DNA of 64,000 nucleotides from Daphnia carinata (Eukaryota): NCBI RefSeq assembly GCF_022539665.2, contig NC_081333.1, positions 6,572,001 to 6,636,000 of the forward strand, read 5' to 3'. Shown piece by piece: positions 37,101 to 50,599 of this stretch (position 1 is its first letter; each line of letters starts with the position of its first letter). The notes under the pieces were generated by a model. It saw only the letters and a program-made list of their open reading frames with translations, ran no database searches and was not told where the DNA came from. The position numbers and the translations under genes were made by a program.

Positions 37101-39584
37101 TTTACCAAGAAGAGGATTCTACCACCGAAGTGGATGGCCGAGCATGACATAGCATTACTCATCAAGTGACGTATGCCAAAGGATTAAGTTAATATTTATA
37201 TTGACTTTGAAATAAAATTGATGAAGAAGATTTATGAGTGCTAAAGCCGAGGAAGTTGAAGATAGTTGCCGGCGGCGAATAGAAAGAAGAGATTTGCATG
37301 ACCAGGAGAAGAGCAGCCGACTATAGCGCTGTCTTCGAGAAGATAAAGGTATAGATACTATCTCATTTACAAATAGTTTGTTATGTAAAAATAATAAATT
37401 TTATATTGTAATAGGATATAATCCCCCTTCCTAGAGTCCAGCGGATCGTGACCGATTTCGAACGTGCTATATTTACGGCTGTCCGCAGGCACTTTGTGGA
37501 TTGCCAGCACTTTGCCTGCAATTTCCACTGGTGTTCGTGGCCACAATTCCCGAGAAGATGATTGTTCTAAAAAAAATAAAATTGCAATAATTATACCAAT
37601 GTACTCCATATAACTATAAATGAATTTACCTTGCATGTTTAAATCCTTCCAACCATTTACCAAACGAGTGATAAGAGAAAGCAAAAGCTTTCAATTGTCC
37701 GGAAGAACGGTTTAAGAATTCGTTGATCAGAGCTCCCTATGAAAAAAGAAAAATAAAATTAATGAAAAAGGCAAAAAAAGAACTTAAGAAATAAAAAAAC
37801 CGTTAAACCGGCCTGAGTAAACTGTAAAAAAATTGCCACGCAAAACCTACAAAGAAGAAAAAGACGGAAAAAAAATTAGTAAAACATAAGCAGTTGAAAC
37901 ACAATAAAAAAAGTAAAAGCATTAAGTGACGTGAAGTATAGTTAGGTAGCATACCCATAATTTGCAGATGTAATTAAATAACTATCGCAAATATTTCTAA
38001 TCCTAGTCGGCCTACGTCCCGACTAAGATATCTATTTAACTGAAGGTCCACTGACCTGGGTCAGACAATTGGTTTCACGACGACACTGTGAAACCAATCC
38101 CGATACCTGTGCCCATTGAGGTGACAAGTCTCAATGCCCTTACACTTAAATTAACAATGCCAGCACTCGAACCGTTGCCTATCCGTTCCGAGCCTGATAC
38201 AATGTGTCCGGTACGGCCCAGCACTAGTGAAATAGAAAATGTACTTACGGTTTGCGACTCCTTAGAAACAATCCGCAGCTGGGCAGGAACTGGGCAGGCC
38301 GCTGGACACGAACAACAGATGATTAGCACATTCACAGCACATTCACGGCACATTCGAAGCACCGTCGACAACCTACACCATGAAGATCTAAATACTGACT
38401 GGCTGAAATGCTGAAACCGCATGTGAAAATTGGGAAGTCAGAACTACCATTATTTGCCATTTCAGAAGTATTACCCTAAACACCGGTAATTGTTTTCTCC
38501 CAAAAATTCTTTCATAGAATAATTAATTAATTTATGACCCGTGTCACAGGTTAGAGCGCTACCGATATGATAAGACTTGCTTGTTATTCTTTGCTGATAG
38601 TTGTATGAGCAAGTACAACATGAGTGCAACTGGAAAAGTTATTTATGCACTAAAAAGTAAGAAAAATTTTATAAATATTTCTGGTGTGGCCGTTGTAGTA
38701 TTTTATTAAATGAACTATATTAGATATAACATATTTAATGGTCCCCTGCAATTTAAATTAAAATAGGATAAAAGATAAATGTTTGGTAAACCATTTAAGT
38801 TATGAGTTAACACCATCGGCTTTTTACAAAGGGAAATGGATATAAGCCGACGCTTTTACGCAAAATGTTGCCTACCGGATTGGAGGCATATCGTTCCTAT
38901 TGGAACAAAATAAAATAAATAGGACTATTTCTCCGGTAGAAATAGGACTGGAAATTTTCAGTCCTATTTCTCCAGTCCTATTTCGTTTCAGTCCTATTTC
39001 ACCGCCAATCGCTTGAGATGCGGATTCCTCTCTCTTATTGTTCCACGAAGCAATGAAATCAGAGAGATGGGAAGGGTGTTTAGTCTGGAATGATAAACAT
39101 GAAACCATTATAAACTGGGAGTAAATCTTATATTAATCTTATTACGCTATCACTTTTGAAAAGTATATACCTTAAAATGCCTTTTAGCATTATACACCGA
39201 GTTGTTGGTTATTGACAAGTACTCTGCCTTTCCATTTTTTCCGTACTTGGTCTTATGCTTATGGCATAACATGCATTTAACCTTAAATCCCTTCCCACTT
39301 ATCTGGTCGTGCATGAATGTGAAATACTTGGCTGGCAGTTGAATTCTTGACTTATTTGACGCACTATCAGCACGAACTTGACTGATTTCACTTTCCTTCA
39401 CCCTACAGCAGATTAGAAAATATGAAAATGACAATACAAATGGAACTTAGTTAACTATACTTACGATGTATCACAAAGAGTCATCAAAAGGTTCTGAATC
39501 TGAATGTGAAGTAACATAAATTTCTTTTTCATAGTCTTCGTCTCGGTCTTCTCCATCGTGAATATTACTTGAATTGGAAGCCAT
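34173..39584 (-). pseudogene. hAT transposase (BED finger, DDE core, dimerization domain), disrupted
   Basis: VKCMLC...NAKRHFK|TKHP (BED), TTADCWTS, TDSGSNF, RCTCHSLNL, LPSSAACERLFS. Split by a 2.7-kb insertion and frameshifts around 35050-35280. Confidence 0.9.
36291..39010. mobile_element. Foldback element with long TIR arms (Merlin-like, tentative) nested in the hAT transposase
   Basis: Perfect 8-bp TSD GCTTGAGA (36283-36290 and 39011-39018). Termini GGTAGCCGGTGAAATAGG and GATTGGCGGTGAAATAGG. Arms ~36291-36853 and ~38537-39010 contain AAATAGGACTG repeats. Confidence 0.85.
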
Positions 39585-40834
39585 AATAAATACCGCAATC
39601 TTTGGAAAAACAAACAAAAAATTAATATTACATCTTATTATTTAAAGATTTTAAATCATGCAAAAAAAACCAAAGATTGTACTTGCCCACTCTCTAAACA
39701 ATGTTAAACTGAAAGAATTGTTTGCGTCGTCTGCGCATTTACTGTGTCGTTCCCGCAAATTCTTTGCTATATTAAAAACAGTTTAAATTGCTGCCGAAAG
39801 ATGGCGTAAGCGGTGTGAGCGCTCGCTCACTAGCCTTTCGCTCAAGCTCACGCTCGCGTTTTTTTAAAATTGAGCGGCTCTCGCTCGCCGCTCACTGAAA
39901 ATCGCGAGCGCGCTCGCGTTTCGCTCTCGCTCAGAGCGCGCTCCCCCAAACTCTGCTCAGGTGTTACGAAAAATGTCTGGAAAAAGTTGTACACGTTGGA
40001 GCAACGAAAGAAGAAGAAGAAAAGAAGAGGACCATCCGTTAGAAGAGATCCAATATATCTAATCCGCTAGGTTACAGATCCATCTGGGTCAGATAACTGC
40101 TGAGAGCCGGGGTGGGGGATACTCGGTAAAATCCTCGGTGGCTCCTGTGAGGCCTATTACGCACACACTACGGCGGGCAACTCAACTGTTGCGATTCAAG
40201 TTACACTAGCTACTCCACCTTTTTTTCTGTAAAGGATCTTCCCTCATTCTTCATTCCTGCCAATCCCCACATAAACAACTAGGATTATTTCGGCTAAAAA
40301 GTGATTCAACAGACAGACACAAGTAAAATAAACTCATCCATAATTTAACTATTTATTTTGTGGATTTCAACATATGGTTGCACAATACACTTATTACACA
40401 CTGTTGACGCAAAATACTTTTAATTGTACATTTCAGCCATCAACTTCGGAAACGCAGTTGAGCTCATTATGGTTGCATCGGTTTTATGGCAAGTCCTCGA
40501 ATGGCCTTGAACTCGAAACTGATGGGGACTGTTGAGGATAACTTATGGAATGTGGTTGATAGATGGCGTTTGCCGTGCTAGCGCACCACTATGCAGTCAT
40601 GCAGTTAAGAGAAGGAAGTCTCGTGGGTGGGAATGCGGGACAGAGACAGTCGAATTCTAAACGTGCTTGGATGACTACCTGTTTTTTGGTGAGATTTCAC
40701 ACAGTCAATATTGTGTTTGAGAGGCAGAGAGCAGCCACAGAGTCGTGTGACAGAAAGATACTAAAAACATTAGTGAAAAACAAACATAACATTAAAAAGA
40801 TATTTACATTTCATTCAGTGTGAGGCAAATAATC

Positions 40835-41638
40835 GGTAGCCGGTGAAATAGGACTGAAACGAAATAGGACTGGAGAAATAGGATTGAAAACTTCCAGTCC
40901 TATTTCTACCGGAGAAATCAGTCTTGGAGAAATAGGACTGACTTTTAAAACTTTAAGGACAGTCCTCTTTCTTCATGACATCAGTCCTATTTCTCCTCGG
41001 CATTAGTCTTATTTCTCCTTAGAAATAGTGCTATTTAATTTACCTTGATCCAATAGGAACGATGAGCCTCCAATCTGGTAGGAGCGTCTGCTTATATCCA
41101 TTTTCCTTTTAAAAAACCCATGGCGTTAACTCATTAATTAAATGGTTCACAAAAACATTTATCTTTTATCCTATTTTAATTTAAATTGCTGGGGAACATG
41201 AATTATGTTGAATCTAATACATAATATTAATTAAATACTATTAGAGCAAAATCAGAATATGTAAGAGCTGAATATAATGTAAAGATAGTTGTATGAAATA
41301 GTAAACATTATTATAATTGGAAAAGTTCGTTATGACCACATAAAGTGCAACATAAGTAATAAATATTTCTGTAGTATGTCTAATAGAATTTTGTTAAATT
41401 AATTCTATTAAATACAAAATAGTTCATGTTCTCCTGCAATTTAAATAAAAATAGGACAAAAAAGAGTTTTGTGAACCATTTAACTAATGAATTAACACCA
41501 TCGGTTTTTTAAAAAGGGAAATGGATACAAGCCGATGCCCTTACGCAATAAGTTGCCAACCGGATTGAAGGCTCATCGTTCCTAGCGGAACAAAGTAAAT
41601 GAAAAAGGACTAATTCCAGTCCTATTTCACCGCCAATC
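40835..41638. mobile_element. Foldback MITE of the same family
   Basis: Same two termini as 36291-39010, internal palindrome, decayed TSD AAATAATC/AAACAATT (6/8). Confidence 0.85.
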
Positions 41639-42559
41639 AAACAATTGGGTGATGAAACTGAAATCAGTTTCAGAACCTGTTCTGAACCTGAAAGGGCTGT
41701 GGGAAAGAATCTGCAATTGATATAAAAGTGATGGAGAATTCTCCCTTTGCTAAATACCACAACCAAACCATTCCCGTTATAACTGATCCTGCACTAAGGC
41801 AATTAATACTTAGCCGAGAACAAGTGCAGGGATTAAGTGTGCGATCGCGAAAATTGACGAATATGGAACCTGGAACTGGGACGATAATCTATTCCGATGA
41901 ATAACACTCCTAGTAAAACCCACTAACTTGGCATTAAGAAGCTTACCTAATCCTATTAATTTGGTTTCAGATGTCTTTGCTACTATGATTGTCCAACTTC
42001 CCATACGGCACATCTCCTTCCTGGGAACCTCCTAAAAGGCTCTTAGGCTACCCAGCGCATCAATCATAGCGTTGAGAAGTACTGAGGAAGGCCACAAGAG
42101 GCTGGAAAATTGTGGAGGAAATCATGCCAATATTTTCAATTCAATAAATTGTTGGTGATATGCTCAGGAATGCTTGAGGAGATCCCTCCATGAAAGTAAG
42201 ACTCGAGAGTTTTAAAGTATCACAAAAACATTTGGCTGTTTCAAAGAAATATATAAAATGACGTAAAATTGTTAAATGTTAATTGATAAATTATTAAGGC
42301 AGCTGTTTTTGACACGAATTACAAAGACAATGTGTGGGTTGCAAAAATTAATCGCTAACGTTAATAAACTAATAAGGGCAACCAAAGGAAATAACTAAAA
42401 ACACAAAAAATAAAACTATTTCAATAAGATAGAGGTCGAGCACTACAATAAGTGAAATAAGAGACCGATTTCAATCATCCTAAAAACCTAAAAATGCCTA
42501 TAAACTAACATATTGCACCTCCTCCGTAACTGGACATGTAATTTCATGGTATTTAATAA

Positions 42560-43060
42560 ATAATTAATTAAATACTATTAGAGCAAAATCAGAATATGTA
42601 AGAGCTAATATATTATGTAACGATAGTAGTATGAAATAGTAAAACATTAGTGCAATTGGAAAAGTTTGTTATGACCACATAAAGTGCAATATAAGTAATA
42701 AATATTTCTGATTTTGCTCTAATAGTATTTTGTTAAATGAACTCTATTAAATACAACATAGTTCATGTTCCCCTGTAATTTTCATTAAAATAGCATAAGA
42801 AGATAAGGTTTTGTGAACCATTTAAGTAATGAGTGAACACCATCGGTATTTTAAAAAGGAAAATGGATATGATCCGACGCTTTCACGCAATATAGTTTAC
42901 CGGATTGGAGGCTCATGGTTCCAATTGGAAATATTTTAGAAAATAGGACTATCTCTGAATTGAAATAGGACTAATGCCTTGGAAAAATAGGACTGACATA
43001 AATTATTTATTATTCAGTCATATTTTTCCCATTCCTATTTCGGTTCAGTCCTATTTCACC
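42560..43060. mobile_element. Foldback MITE remnant at the start of block B copy 2
   Basis: Homologous to the right part of 40835-41638 and to 10030-10545. Confidence 0.7.
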
Positions 43061-44929
43061 CTCAAACCCAATAAAAGATAAAGTTTTTGAAATTGACTAT
43101 ACAATATCCAATATATAGTTGTCGTTTAATATTGCTTTTAGGTTTTAATTACATTCAAATGGAATTCAAATTAAAACTTATATAAAGCCGCTGGGTATAT
43201 CGAAGACAAATATAACACAATGTTTTTCATCATGGGAGGTTCTAGGTACTAGCTGAGGATGTTGTAAGAGAGATTGAAGAGCCTGTCAGGCAGCTACCAG
43301 GCGACCAAAAAGAAGGTTCTAAGAGGCATTTAGGACGGTTACAGAGAAGACTAAGGAAGAAAGTAGGAAGTTCTGCAGACGTACTGAGGAGCCCGTCGTG
43401 CCATGTAGGTTCCGTTTCAAGGTGCAGGTGGCACTATCAAAGTGACTCGAGAAAATCAATTATGCTCATTCGAAAACGCACTGGACAGGAGCAAATTGTT
43501 TTGCTACACAATTTTCGTGTCAAATGCCTCTAGTCAAATGACAGGAATGAGCAGCAGTTCGAGGGTGATGATCTCCGATCTTCTTTGTGGTAATCCTTCT
43601 ACGTTGCTTCCCTCAATTACATACTTGACAAATTCTATAGTTGAAAGTTGAATATAGTATTATATGGTTGAAGATTACATAGTATTTTGCTAGAACCGAG
43701 TCCATGAGGCCCTGATCGCCTTTTTGTCTGTTGCCTTGTTGTCTGCCACTACCGCATGGGCAAGGTTAATAATTTCATTAAATCATTATTCGTTGGTTTT
43801 ACGCTTTAATCACCTTTCTTTTTGTAGGCAAACCAACGAATGGGATGCCCCTGTTGTCTGAGACGTAAAATGTAGCTGCGAAGAAGATTTTATGGTCGGA
43901 ATATCCAAAGAGAAAATTTCCACGACCAAGTGGGCTCGACCCATTGAATCAAGAAGTGCATTCCGATAATCTCAACGTCAACATGAAAACAGAAATAGTA
44001 GACGATGGACCTATCTTTTTCGAAAAACCGACCGAAGAACTCCTTCAACCTGGGTCATGTTTTTTTTGAACAATGATTTTATCGTCCTATGCTAGTTATC
44101 TGGCACAAGGAGCGCTCCGTGCAACTTGACTGTTTCCATAGGTTTGATTGTCTACTGGAAGCTCTTGAACACCAAACAAAAGAGTAATTTCTATGTTTTT
44201 GGATGAAGTCATAACATTCTGCCGAGAGCACCCTGATAGGAAAATTAATCTGTTGCAATCGTGCTCAAGAACAAATGCGCCACTATTCGCGCTTGACCAT
44301 TACGTTGCTGAAAATGGGAAATTACCAAATAGCTACGCTAAATAATTCTCATGAGCAACATCTACATGATCTTGTTCGCTGGTAACGTCATAGCTTCACT
44401 CGATATCCCTGTTTTGGCTGCCTGTATTGATTTGATGATAACGTTCGACGAAGAACTCGTAACGAAACATCCAAGACAACTAGCTAATATCTCAACTCAT
44501 ATGAAAGAAAAATTGAAATGTTTCCAGATTAAATTCCAATTGTTAAGCCTTGTCCAACAATTGCTGGACGCCCGACCATCAGAACGTATTCCAGACACCG
44601 CGGATTTATGGTATTACAGCCTATGTCTTCATCTTACCGGTTTAATTATACCATCCACTCCACCTGAAGCATACTTGCAGCTTTGAAGCTTCTAGTTTCC
44701 AGCGGCGATTCCGGTTTGTCGGATGCACTTATCAGTCAACTCACCAGTAACTAATTACTTATAACTATTATTTAATACATAAACTAATCACTTAACTATT
44801 TAGATGAATTTAAAGAATAAACAGGGTAGTACAAAGAAATCTGTATTTGAGGACAGAACCTGCGACAATTGTTTTTTGAATGAATTACAACTTTAAAGTT
44901 GTATTTTAAGTTTTGGTTTAAAAAATGTT

Positions 44930-45932
44930 GCCTTAGATTCGGTAGAGAATCAAATCGAACTGAATCTCTTTCACGAATTTTTCAAACACAGCAATGGCAT
45001 TTAGGACATCTTAAATTTTTTGGGCTCTGGCTTTTTCGTTTATGGTTTTCAATAGATTTATCCATGACTAAGTACTTTTCCCAATGATCAAAAACTTCCG
45101 CAAACTTCCCATGGCAAGTTGAGTTTCTAGCCTCAAAAGCAGTCTTTAGCAGTAGCGCGTTAGCCCTAGGAGAAGCACGGTTTCGGAGATAATTTTTATG
45201 TTTTCTTTGCTCACAGATCATAAACTTCAAGTTGGCGAAGGCATCATGGCTCGTTGATGTTGCACGATAGTTTGCATAAGTGAAAAACCTAAGAAGAGCA
45301 GGTCCCACGTGTCTTACAACACAGTAATATAGGATGAAGCTAAGGCCGAATGCACCACGTTCATCGTAGGTGGCCTTAGTAAGGAGAAATGGCTTATCAT
45401 TAATGGCATGTTGATAATATCCGCTTATGATGCGCCCGTAAATAGTCTCCACGTCAGCGGCACTACGCCCATCACCTACACTTTGGCAAACTTTCATCAA
45501 AATTTCAAAAATTTTGTGACCAGTTAATTTTCACCGCAGGTAGGTCGATGTGGCAAATCTCGTTCCGCGCATAGATCGCGCTGCAGATTTCGGTGTAGCT
45601 GAGGGGGTTGTCAAGAAAATCTCTGTCGATATTGTTGTGGTACCTAAGTTTCGCCATTAGATCAGTATGGTCGTAGTTAATTAAAGTTGATGAAAGAAGA
45701 CCTTTTTGACACAAGAAGCGGCGAACGGCCGGAGTCACATAACATGATAGGTGATACAAAAATATAAGGCTTCGACTACGTAGATGACGTTGCCACTACT
45801 TACTTCTGGTAAAACCGGTATGGGTTTGGTTGTAGGCGCGTTTTTAGTTTGCGCTTCAGGTACTTCCGTACGGATAGTGCGGTGGTCGCTTGCAGTGGTA
45901 GCAACTTGATGAATATCTCTGCTTTTTCCCAT
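44930..45932 (-). pseudogene. Tandem HEPN-like protein gene, copy 2, frameshifted
   Basis: ORF pieces 45735-45932, 45505-45759 and 44982-45500 join into a paralog of 12880-13871 with RNEICH (45550-45567) and RNSTCH (45111-45128). Confidence 0.65.
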
Positions 45933-46423
45933 CTTGGATTTTCGTATGAAAGCTCGTCAAGAGGAAAATAAGAAACATCATCAATTTTAATTATTATTGC
46001 AGCGTTTACGGAAAAGGGCGAATATCTTGTCTAATCACAAGTCCAATCGTGGGTTTTCGACATACGTATATTTTCATATCATTGTTTGCTGCAAAATTAA
46101 CAGGGATTATTAATGTTCCCATTTTTAGGCGTGTTGTGCAATCATTTTCAGCCAACTTTTCTGAAAAGCAAAAACAGAATAGATCATTTAACACATCCCT
46201 AATAGGGCTGGGTTTGGGGTAACATGCGAAACCTGAGATCTTCTTTCAATTGCAACTTTGCGCATGCGCGTCCCGTTTCTTGCGATCTGGAAACGGTACC
46301 CTGCTTTTAAATTTCTTGTTTTGATAAATATCGTCTGCTGAGGTTTGTACTGTACATACCGTCTGCTACCTCTGCTAACATTTTTATTAAGTACTAAGTA
46401 TTTTTTTACCACATAGGTTAAAC

Positions 46424-46867
46424 CAGACTTGCCGTCCGATTATTTCTTGAGCGATTATCGGTAGCCGTCGATAATCGCAAAAAAAATGATCGGCAATCAT
46501 TCGTCTAATAAAAAATTTGATTGTCGATTAAATTTCTTAGCAATTGTTTTTTCCGATTATTTTTGAGCGCCATCTAGCAGTAAGAAAATAACTTGCCATT
46601 GTTTCAATTAAAAAAATTTAAACAAGTGAAAATTTCAAAAAAACCGTCTGCTACAAAAGTGACAAAGCTATGAGTAGACTTTCATGTAGTCTCATCTACC
46701 GTTCACAGATGTCGCTAAATAATCGTAAAAATAATCGCCCCGTTTAAATAAAAATGTTTAATCGAAATCACCGATTTCGATTATTTTAAAATAATTTGAT
46801 CGCCGATTAAAATTTTAATCGAAATCGCAATCGCAATTAATTTTCAATCGCGATTACGGCAGGTCTG
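46424..46867. mobile_element. hAT-like MITE
   Basis: Perfect 8-bp TSD GGTTAAAC (46416-46423 and 46868-46875). TIR CAGAC(T/C)TGCCGT with AATCG/CGATT subterminal repeats. Absent from block B copy 1 (~16280). Confidence 0.9.
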
Positions 46868-47639
46868 GGTTAAACTAAATAGTTAATAAAATTTAAATTG
46901 GCATTCATGACAGTTGTGAATCTTGTGATGTATGGTTGAACGTGCAAGAGACGAAATTATTATATGTTCTAATGATAATTTTTTCCTCATAATAAGTTTT
47001 TATACTAGTAGCCTTTTTCGTTTATGAGTGACTGTACTCTAAAGCTAATTTAGAAAATTACCAAAATTAAGTACAAAATATTTAGCTAATAAAGGAAGAT
47101 CTAAAATATCTAGTTATCTTGCAATTGACACAGGATTAAGGATTCCAGTAAAATCTTCTTTATATTTTTACACCATCGAACAGAACAAGACGGTTACTTT
47201 GAATTGTGATTGATTGATGTTTTAGTTTATTGTATTGTATACCATAAAAATATCATATCAATTCAAATCCTTCACATATGTGAAAGCATTGTACAATTTG
47301 TTGTAAAATATTCCACATACCAAACGCAAAACGACTGAATAGAATCAGACAAGCATTGTATGATGTTTGTCTGGCAAATAACAAAAGTAACTTTGCCACA
47401 ACGTTAAAACTGCTATAGGTTTAGTGGACTATGGAAAAGCATCAGGACCAACGAACGCGCACGAAGACGATCTAAGAAAGACTACAACTTTGCGAAGATA
47501 GGTAAATAAAACTCAATAATTCAAAATATACTAAGAAAAGCTTTTAACTGAGGCAAATGGTGAGCGGAACGGTGAAAACCAAGAAACTATCACATAGACA
47601 TTGGTATTTTCTGGAAAGTAAAGCAGAATAGTTGCCATT

Positions 47640-47843
47640 TTACCATAAATCTGGATCGTCTTGAATCATAACGTGCCGGTGGAACTGGGCCTGAATGTTT
47701 TCGGGTAGCGAATTCATCTCTGCCATGTTCCGGAACAGACCAGGTGGCAAGAAACCAATCAAAAGCGGAGTGTGCTGCTCCAAGATTCGTCTTCTTTCCT
47801 CTGCGATTGCTTCGTCCTCGGCCTGTTGACGCAATTCTTCCAT
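47640..47843 (-). pseudogene. MNS1: MNS1 C-terminal fragment
   Basis: IAEERRRILEQHTPLLIGFLPPGLFR resembles the MNS1 C-terminal EEER..LL.EH...L.G.LP.G.F motif. Truncated upstream by a junction to THOC3 sequence. Confidence 0.7.
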
Positions 47844-48068
47844 GCGCTCTCATCTATTTGCCTACGCTTGCGAAAGATAAAGATGACGGAAATCGAGATC
47901 CTGGAACAGTGAAGCTCTTTGGTCTCTCTAACGAGTATGGCCCAGTGGAATCGGTGGCTAGTTTAGAACGTGTTTTACGCGTAATGGGTGCAAGTTTATA
48001 AGGTCTGGGTAATTTTCGTCAGTCTCAGGTAAGGATTCAACTTTTAACAGATGTAACTTATAATTCAG

Positions 48069-49084
48069 ATTAAGGAACAGACGTTTTCGGGACACAGTGA
48101 TAGTGTTGACCAGTTATGTTGGCATGAAACCAATCCTGATTTGCTCAGCACTGCCAGTGGTGACAAAGCAATGAAAGTTTAGGATGCAAGAATAAAGAAA
48201 AACATTGCAACAGTTAACACCAAGGGTATTTCTGTTATCAAATTCAAATTTTATTATGCTAGCTCACACCCATTTGTTTCCCATTTCTCATTCAACAGGA
48301 GAAAATATCAACATTACCTCGTCACCTGGTGGTAATTCGATCGCTGTAGGAAATAAAGACGATCTAATCACATTTATTGATGCCAGAACTTTCAAAATAA
48401 GAATGGAGAATCTGTTCAAATTTGAAGTCAATGAAATAGAACGAAGCAAGGCCAGCAATCTGTTTTTCTTAAAGAGTGGGCAAGGCTGCATCCAGATATG
48501 AGAGTAATGGTGAATTGCTTTTTGTATTCAACCCAATTGATACTACCAATGTCTCCTCGGTCTTGTTACCCAGAGTTGACGACAGTCCACGTAACACAGG
48601 CTTACCCTGCCAAACTTGGATTTGCATCGAATTTGACCCGATTGGACGGTATTTCGCCACTGGGTCTGCTGACACCCTGGTTTCGCTGTGGGATGCCGAT
48701 GAAATCGCTTGTTTGCGCACTTCCTCGAGGTACTGATAAGGCCAAATTACGCAATGTTTTTGGATTTAGGTTATTCAGTTAATATATTGGGTGTTTTTCT
48801 TAGGTTGGATTAGCCAGTCTGCACCCTGATTTTCAGCCACAATGGATCTATGCTAGCGTCTGGGTCAGAAGACCTTTTGATCGATGTCAGCCATGTAGGC
48901 ATTGATGAACGTGTAATAGCCATCCAGTGGACAGGCCTGCTTTCACGGCCGCCTGGTACACACGCTCTCATCTACTTGCCTACGCTTGCGAAAGATAAAG
49001 ATGACGGAAATCGAGATCCTGGAACAGTGAAGCTCTTTGGTCTCTCTAACGAGTATGGCCCAGTGGAATCGGTGGCTAAGCTTC
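48069..49084 (+). pseudogene. THOC3: THOC3 pseudogene copy
   Basis: Same sequence and same disabling lesions as 22915-23930. Confidence 0.9.
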
Positions 49085-50599
49085 ACGCGTTTTATGTATC
49101 GTTTATTTGTCCTTACAGATTGATCTTACTCGTATCATGAATTCATTTGTCACGCCCGTGTCTTCAATTTTGTTGAAAATACATAAGATCCTTCACTTTT
49201 GTCGAAGGATATAAAAAAAGAACAGATCTCTTTAGCGGTAAAATTCTTTTTTAGAAAGCAAAAAAGAATTTTCTTTTCTTTCTTGACTCTCGGACTATTA
49301 AGGCAAGTCAAATGCAATTGAAGAAAAAATAAAAGAAATGTGAAACTGAATTGCAGAAGAAAGTCCCACCTGACCATTTACATGAACCATCGCACAGTCC
49401 TAATCGTTTCTACTTTACTTATCATAGGTTGATAATTTCGAAGCAATCGGGACTGCAACCAGTATTCACGTCAAATTTACTTGTTTAGCGGGGGTGGCTA
49501 CTCCCTAAACCGACTTTCTTCCTACTTCAGTTTCACATTTCTTTTTTTTTCCCTCGTTTTTGCGGACCTTTATGTACTATAGAGGTTGCTGCTCGCAGCA
49601 TGTTTATTTCCAAATGCCCACCGTATGGCAGATGGTCCATGGCACATTCACGACATGAGCTTTTCAGGACGTGACACCTCTATAGGGAGTGATCGACACC
49701 GCCTATTCCTACCACTCCAATGATAATAGGTCAGTAGCATCCCTTTAGTACACGAAATTAACTGCCCAAAACTCGCTGCTGCAAGTTTTGGCATTTTTCC
49801 AGCCATATTCGTTCATTAATTTAAACCTGTGGACTAAATTCACAAAATAAGCAGTGAACTATGTACACTAGGTGAATTTTGTAATAATGGAACAATTTTT
49901 TTTTCTTTGAAGTTAAATTATACAAATAAAACGATGTTTGGCACAACAGTACAGTTTGCTAATGGGACCGTGTAAAGGTGGTCTGCCTTATTTCAGTATT
50001 GACCTAAGTTTTTATTCTATATTCTATGGAAAAATTTAGAAACAAACAAATTTCTACCTTTTTTTTGAAAAAAGTTAGTTTTAGTTTTCAAACTAGATGC
50101 CGTTACTGTGCCTTTAGTGGTTGTGTAAATAAAATTTAAGCCCGGCGAAATAAGCCCGATTTTTTTTTTGTTTTTAAGTTGAGCTTCTAACAGTCAAACT
50201 AGATGGTGCTGGTGTGCTTTTCCTGCTTGTGTAAACAAAAATTTAAACCCACCAACAAAATAAGCCCGATTTTTAAAGTCTTTAGTGCGAGAATAAAACA
50301 TCAAAGTTATTCGTTACAGTACATCAACGACTGACCTGAAGATAAAAAAATTACTGCTTTGAGATTGACATTCAACAAAGACAATAAGGTGTGAGTTTCG
50401 ACGAATTCCAAACGCTGTCGATATTTTGCAAATTTTGAGAAAAATGAGACGGGTATACCCCCCCCCCGCTTTTTCCTTTTTCGCAAGCATTGTTTAGAAC
50501 GTGTTTTACGCGTAATGGGTGCAAGTTTATAAGGTCTGGGTAATTTTCGTCAGTCTCAGGTAAGGATTCAACTTTTAACAGATGTAACTTATAATTCAG

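Larger units (their letters stand above)
33797..39955 (-). mobile_element. hAT DNA transposon, formerly autonomous, interrupted
   Basis: Perfect 8-bp TSD CTCAGGTG (33789-33796 and 39956-39963). TIR CAGAGTT(G/T)GG and GAGCG/CGCTC subterminal repeats. Transposase gene inside. Confidence 0.95.

Noticed and set aside
40330..42250. Coding-like fragments flanking the 40835-41638 MITE
   Set aside because: Could not assemble a consistent frame or recognise a family.
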